A DNA stretch of 64,000 nucleotides from an uncultured delta proteobacterium (GTDB taxonomy: Bacteria > Myxococcota_A > Polyangia > Polyangiales > Polyangiaceae): assembly GCA_963841435.1 (NCBI GenBank), contig CAWJCS010000003.1:832001-896000 (forward strand), written 5' to 3'. Of this stretch, positions 62,386 to 64,000 are shown in pieces (the stretch's first letter is position 1; every line of letters starts with the position of its first letter). The position numbers and the translations under genes were made by a program. Below the pieces are notes generated by a model that saw only the letters and a list, made by a program, of their open reading frames with translations, had not been told where the DNA came from and made no database searches.

Positions 62386-64000
62386 TCAGCGCAGCCCTTC
62401 GCCGCCGACGTACTCGTCTTCCCAGTCCTCGCCCTCGAACGGCCAGTACTCCTCGTCGTCACCGAGGTAGCGGGCCGCATCGAGCGAGTCTACTATGGTC
62501 TGGGGCAAGAGCCCTCGCGAGAGCGCGTCAACCTCGAGCTCGAGCGCGCGCTTCTTGCCGAGCACGGTCTCGACGCGGCCGAGCCGTGCGCGGCGCAAAA
62601 GCCGCGTGAGGCGGCGGTCGAGGCGCTGGAAAGCGTCCTTCGCGAGGGCGAGCTGCTCGGTCTCGATGCTCTCGCGCAGCATCGTGGCGGCGGCGTGGAG
62701 CTCGACCGCCCGCTCGCGATCCTGGGCCAAGAGCTCCGGCAGGTCGCTGCCCTTCGGCGCTTCGGAGGGCTCGGGCTGTGCGCCGCTCGCCGTGCGCGCC
62801 GCTCGCACCTGCAGCTCGAGCGCCTCGAGGTCCTTCTTGAGCGGCGCGAGCTCGCTCGCGGATCTTCCGGTGCGCTCAGCCTCGCGGATCAGCCGCCGCA
62901 CCTCGGCGAGCTGCGACTCGGCGCGCCGGAGCTGCTCGGCGTCGCTCATGCCGAGCGGCCCCTCAGCCTGCCCGCGCACCGCCTTGGGCGAAGCCAGGCG
63001 GCGGCTGGCCTCGTCGAGGTCGCCCATCGCGGCAAGCAGGCCGTTCATCTGCAAGTCGAGCTCGGTGAGCTTCGTCGTGGCGCGGCCGTAGCCGGTATCG
63101 ACGCGGAGCAGCGAGCCGAGAGCGCGCGCCGTGTCCTCCGGCACGCCGAGGCCCGCGCTCGCGGGATCGGCACCGGTGCGCAGCGCCTCGGTGAGGCGGC
63201 GCATGGCGCCCTCGTCGCTCGCGAGGCGCCGCGCGGCGTCGCGCACGGGCTCGTAGCGCGCGAGGAACACGCCGAGCTTCTTGTCGGCCTGAGGGAAGCG
63301 GCACATCGCGAGATCGATGTACGCGTCGAGGATGTACGCTTCGTCCTCGTAGGGGTGATTGGTGCCAAGCCGCGTGAGCTCGTCCATCGACGCGCGGGCG
63401 CCCTCGTAGTCCTTGGCCTCGTAGCGCGTCGTCGCGGTCTCGTAGAGCGCCTCGGGGAGCCGCTCCGAGTCCGCGGGCACGAGGTAATAGTAGTAGCGCG
63501 CGTCGTCGAAGCGGAACTGCTCGTGGGCGACGCGGCCGAGGCCGAGCCGTGCGAGATCGCGCACGCGGAAGAAGTCACCGCCGCCGAAGAGCGGAGCGCG
63601 CTTGGGGGTGCGCTTGGGGTCGGCCACCCTGCAAAACAGCTCCTCGCCGCGCCTGTACTGTCGGCGCTCGACCTCGATGACGCCCGAAAGGTAGGTCGCC
63701 TGGGCCCAGAAGCGCGAGCGCTCTCGCACCCTCGCGTAGGCGGCGAGCGCTTCGTCCGGCTTGTTCTCGACCTCGGCGCTGCGACCGGCGAGGTACGCGA
63801 TGTCACCGGTGATCTCGTCGCCCGCCGTCGGGGGCACCACCTTCAGATCCTCGAGGAACGTGCGGGGCCGTTCGCTCTCGAGGCCGAAGTCGATGAGCGA
63901 ATGCACCGCCTGGCGATACCAGGTGTCCGTCGGGTCGCCTTCGAGCAGCGGCACGAGATACGCCCTGCCGAGATCGTGCGCTCCGGCGCGGCCGAGCGCG
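62386..64000 (-). CDS. TPR protein, GltC/NfsC-like (partial, runs off right edge)
   Basis: Frame open to the edge; LARLGLGRVAHE...YYY..VP..SERLPEALYE.A TPRs, coiled coil, C-terminal EYWPFEGEDWEDE motif like GltC-type proteins. Confidence 0.72.
   Translation of the reverse strand, partial: ALGRAGAHDLGRAYLVPLLEGDPTDTWYRQAVHSLIDFGLESERPRTFLEDLKVVPPTAGDEITGDIAYLAGRSAEVENKPDEALAAYARVRERSRFWAQATYLSGVIEVERRQYRRGEELFCRVADPKRTPKRAPLFGGGDFFRVRDLARLGLGRVAHEQFRFDDARYYYYLVPADSERLPEALYETATTRYEAKDYEGARASMDELTRLGTNHPYEDEAYILDAYIDLAMCRFPQADKKLGVFLARYEPVRDAARRLASDEGAMRRLTEALRTGADPASAGLGVPEDTARALGSLLRVDTGYGRATTKLTELDLQMNGLLAAMGDLDEASRRLASPKAVRGQAEGPLGMSDAEQLRRAESQLAEVRRLIREAERTGRSASELAPLKKDLEALELQVRAARTASGAQPEPSEAPKGSDLPELLAQDRERAVELHAAATMLRESIETEQLALAKDAFQRLDRRLTRLLRRARLGRVETVLGKKRALELEVDALSRGLLPQTIVDSLDAARYLGDDEEYWPFEGEDWEDEYVGGEGLR

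Overview
High-GC (~70% by eye) chromosomal segment of a myxobacterium, most likely Polyangiaceae/Sorangium-like (Gly-rich tethered lipoproteins, Ser/Thr kinases with PEGA partners, Glt/Nfs-like TPR proteins, orphan GspC paralogs). About 48 protein genes; no rRNA, tRNA, CRISPR array, transposase or integrase was seen. Housekeeping genes include serB, yggX, uvrA, aroE, xseA, a biotin carboxylase and ktrAB. Signalling includes a CheB-CheR-coiled-coil-PAS / hybrid kinase / REC-EAL cluster, an OmpR-type two-component pair, two Ser/Thr kinases (one with HRD changed to HRN), a stand-alone MshEN protein and a GGDEF cyclase. There is also an RND pump and several secreted enzymes. Most notable: (i) a translationally coupled VKOR-DsbA / Cys-rich OmpA-like / TlpA operon directly behind gltD-gltE-like genes, with the gltC-like gene 15 kb upstream; (ii) a pseudokinase-PEGA-lectin lipoprotein trans-envelope module; (iii) a window-wide signature of leaderless or near-leaderless sigma70-type promoters; (iv) a perfect myxobacterial-type LexA palindrome over the uvrA -35. 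Four or five genes carry single-base frameshifts that look like long-read assembly errors. Family assignments come from motif recognition only, not from database searches.
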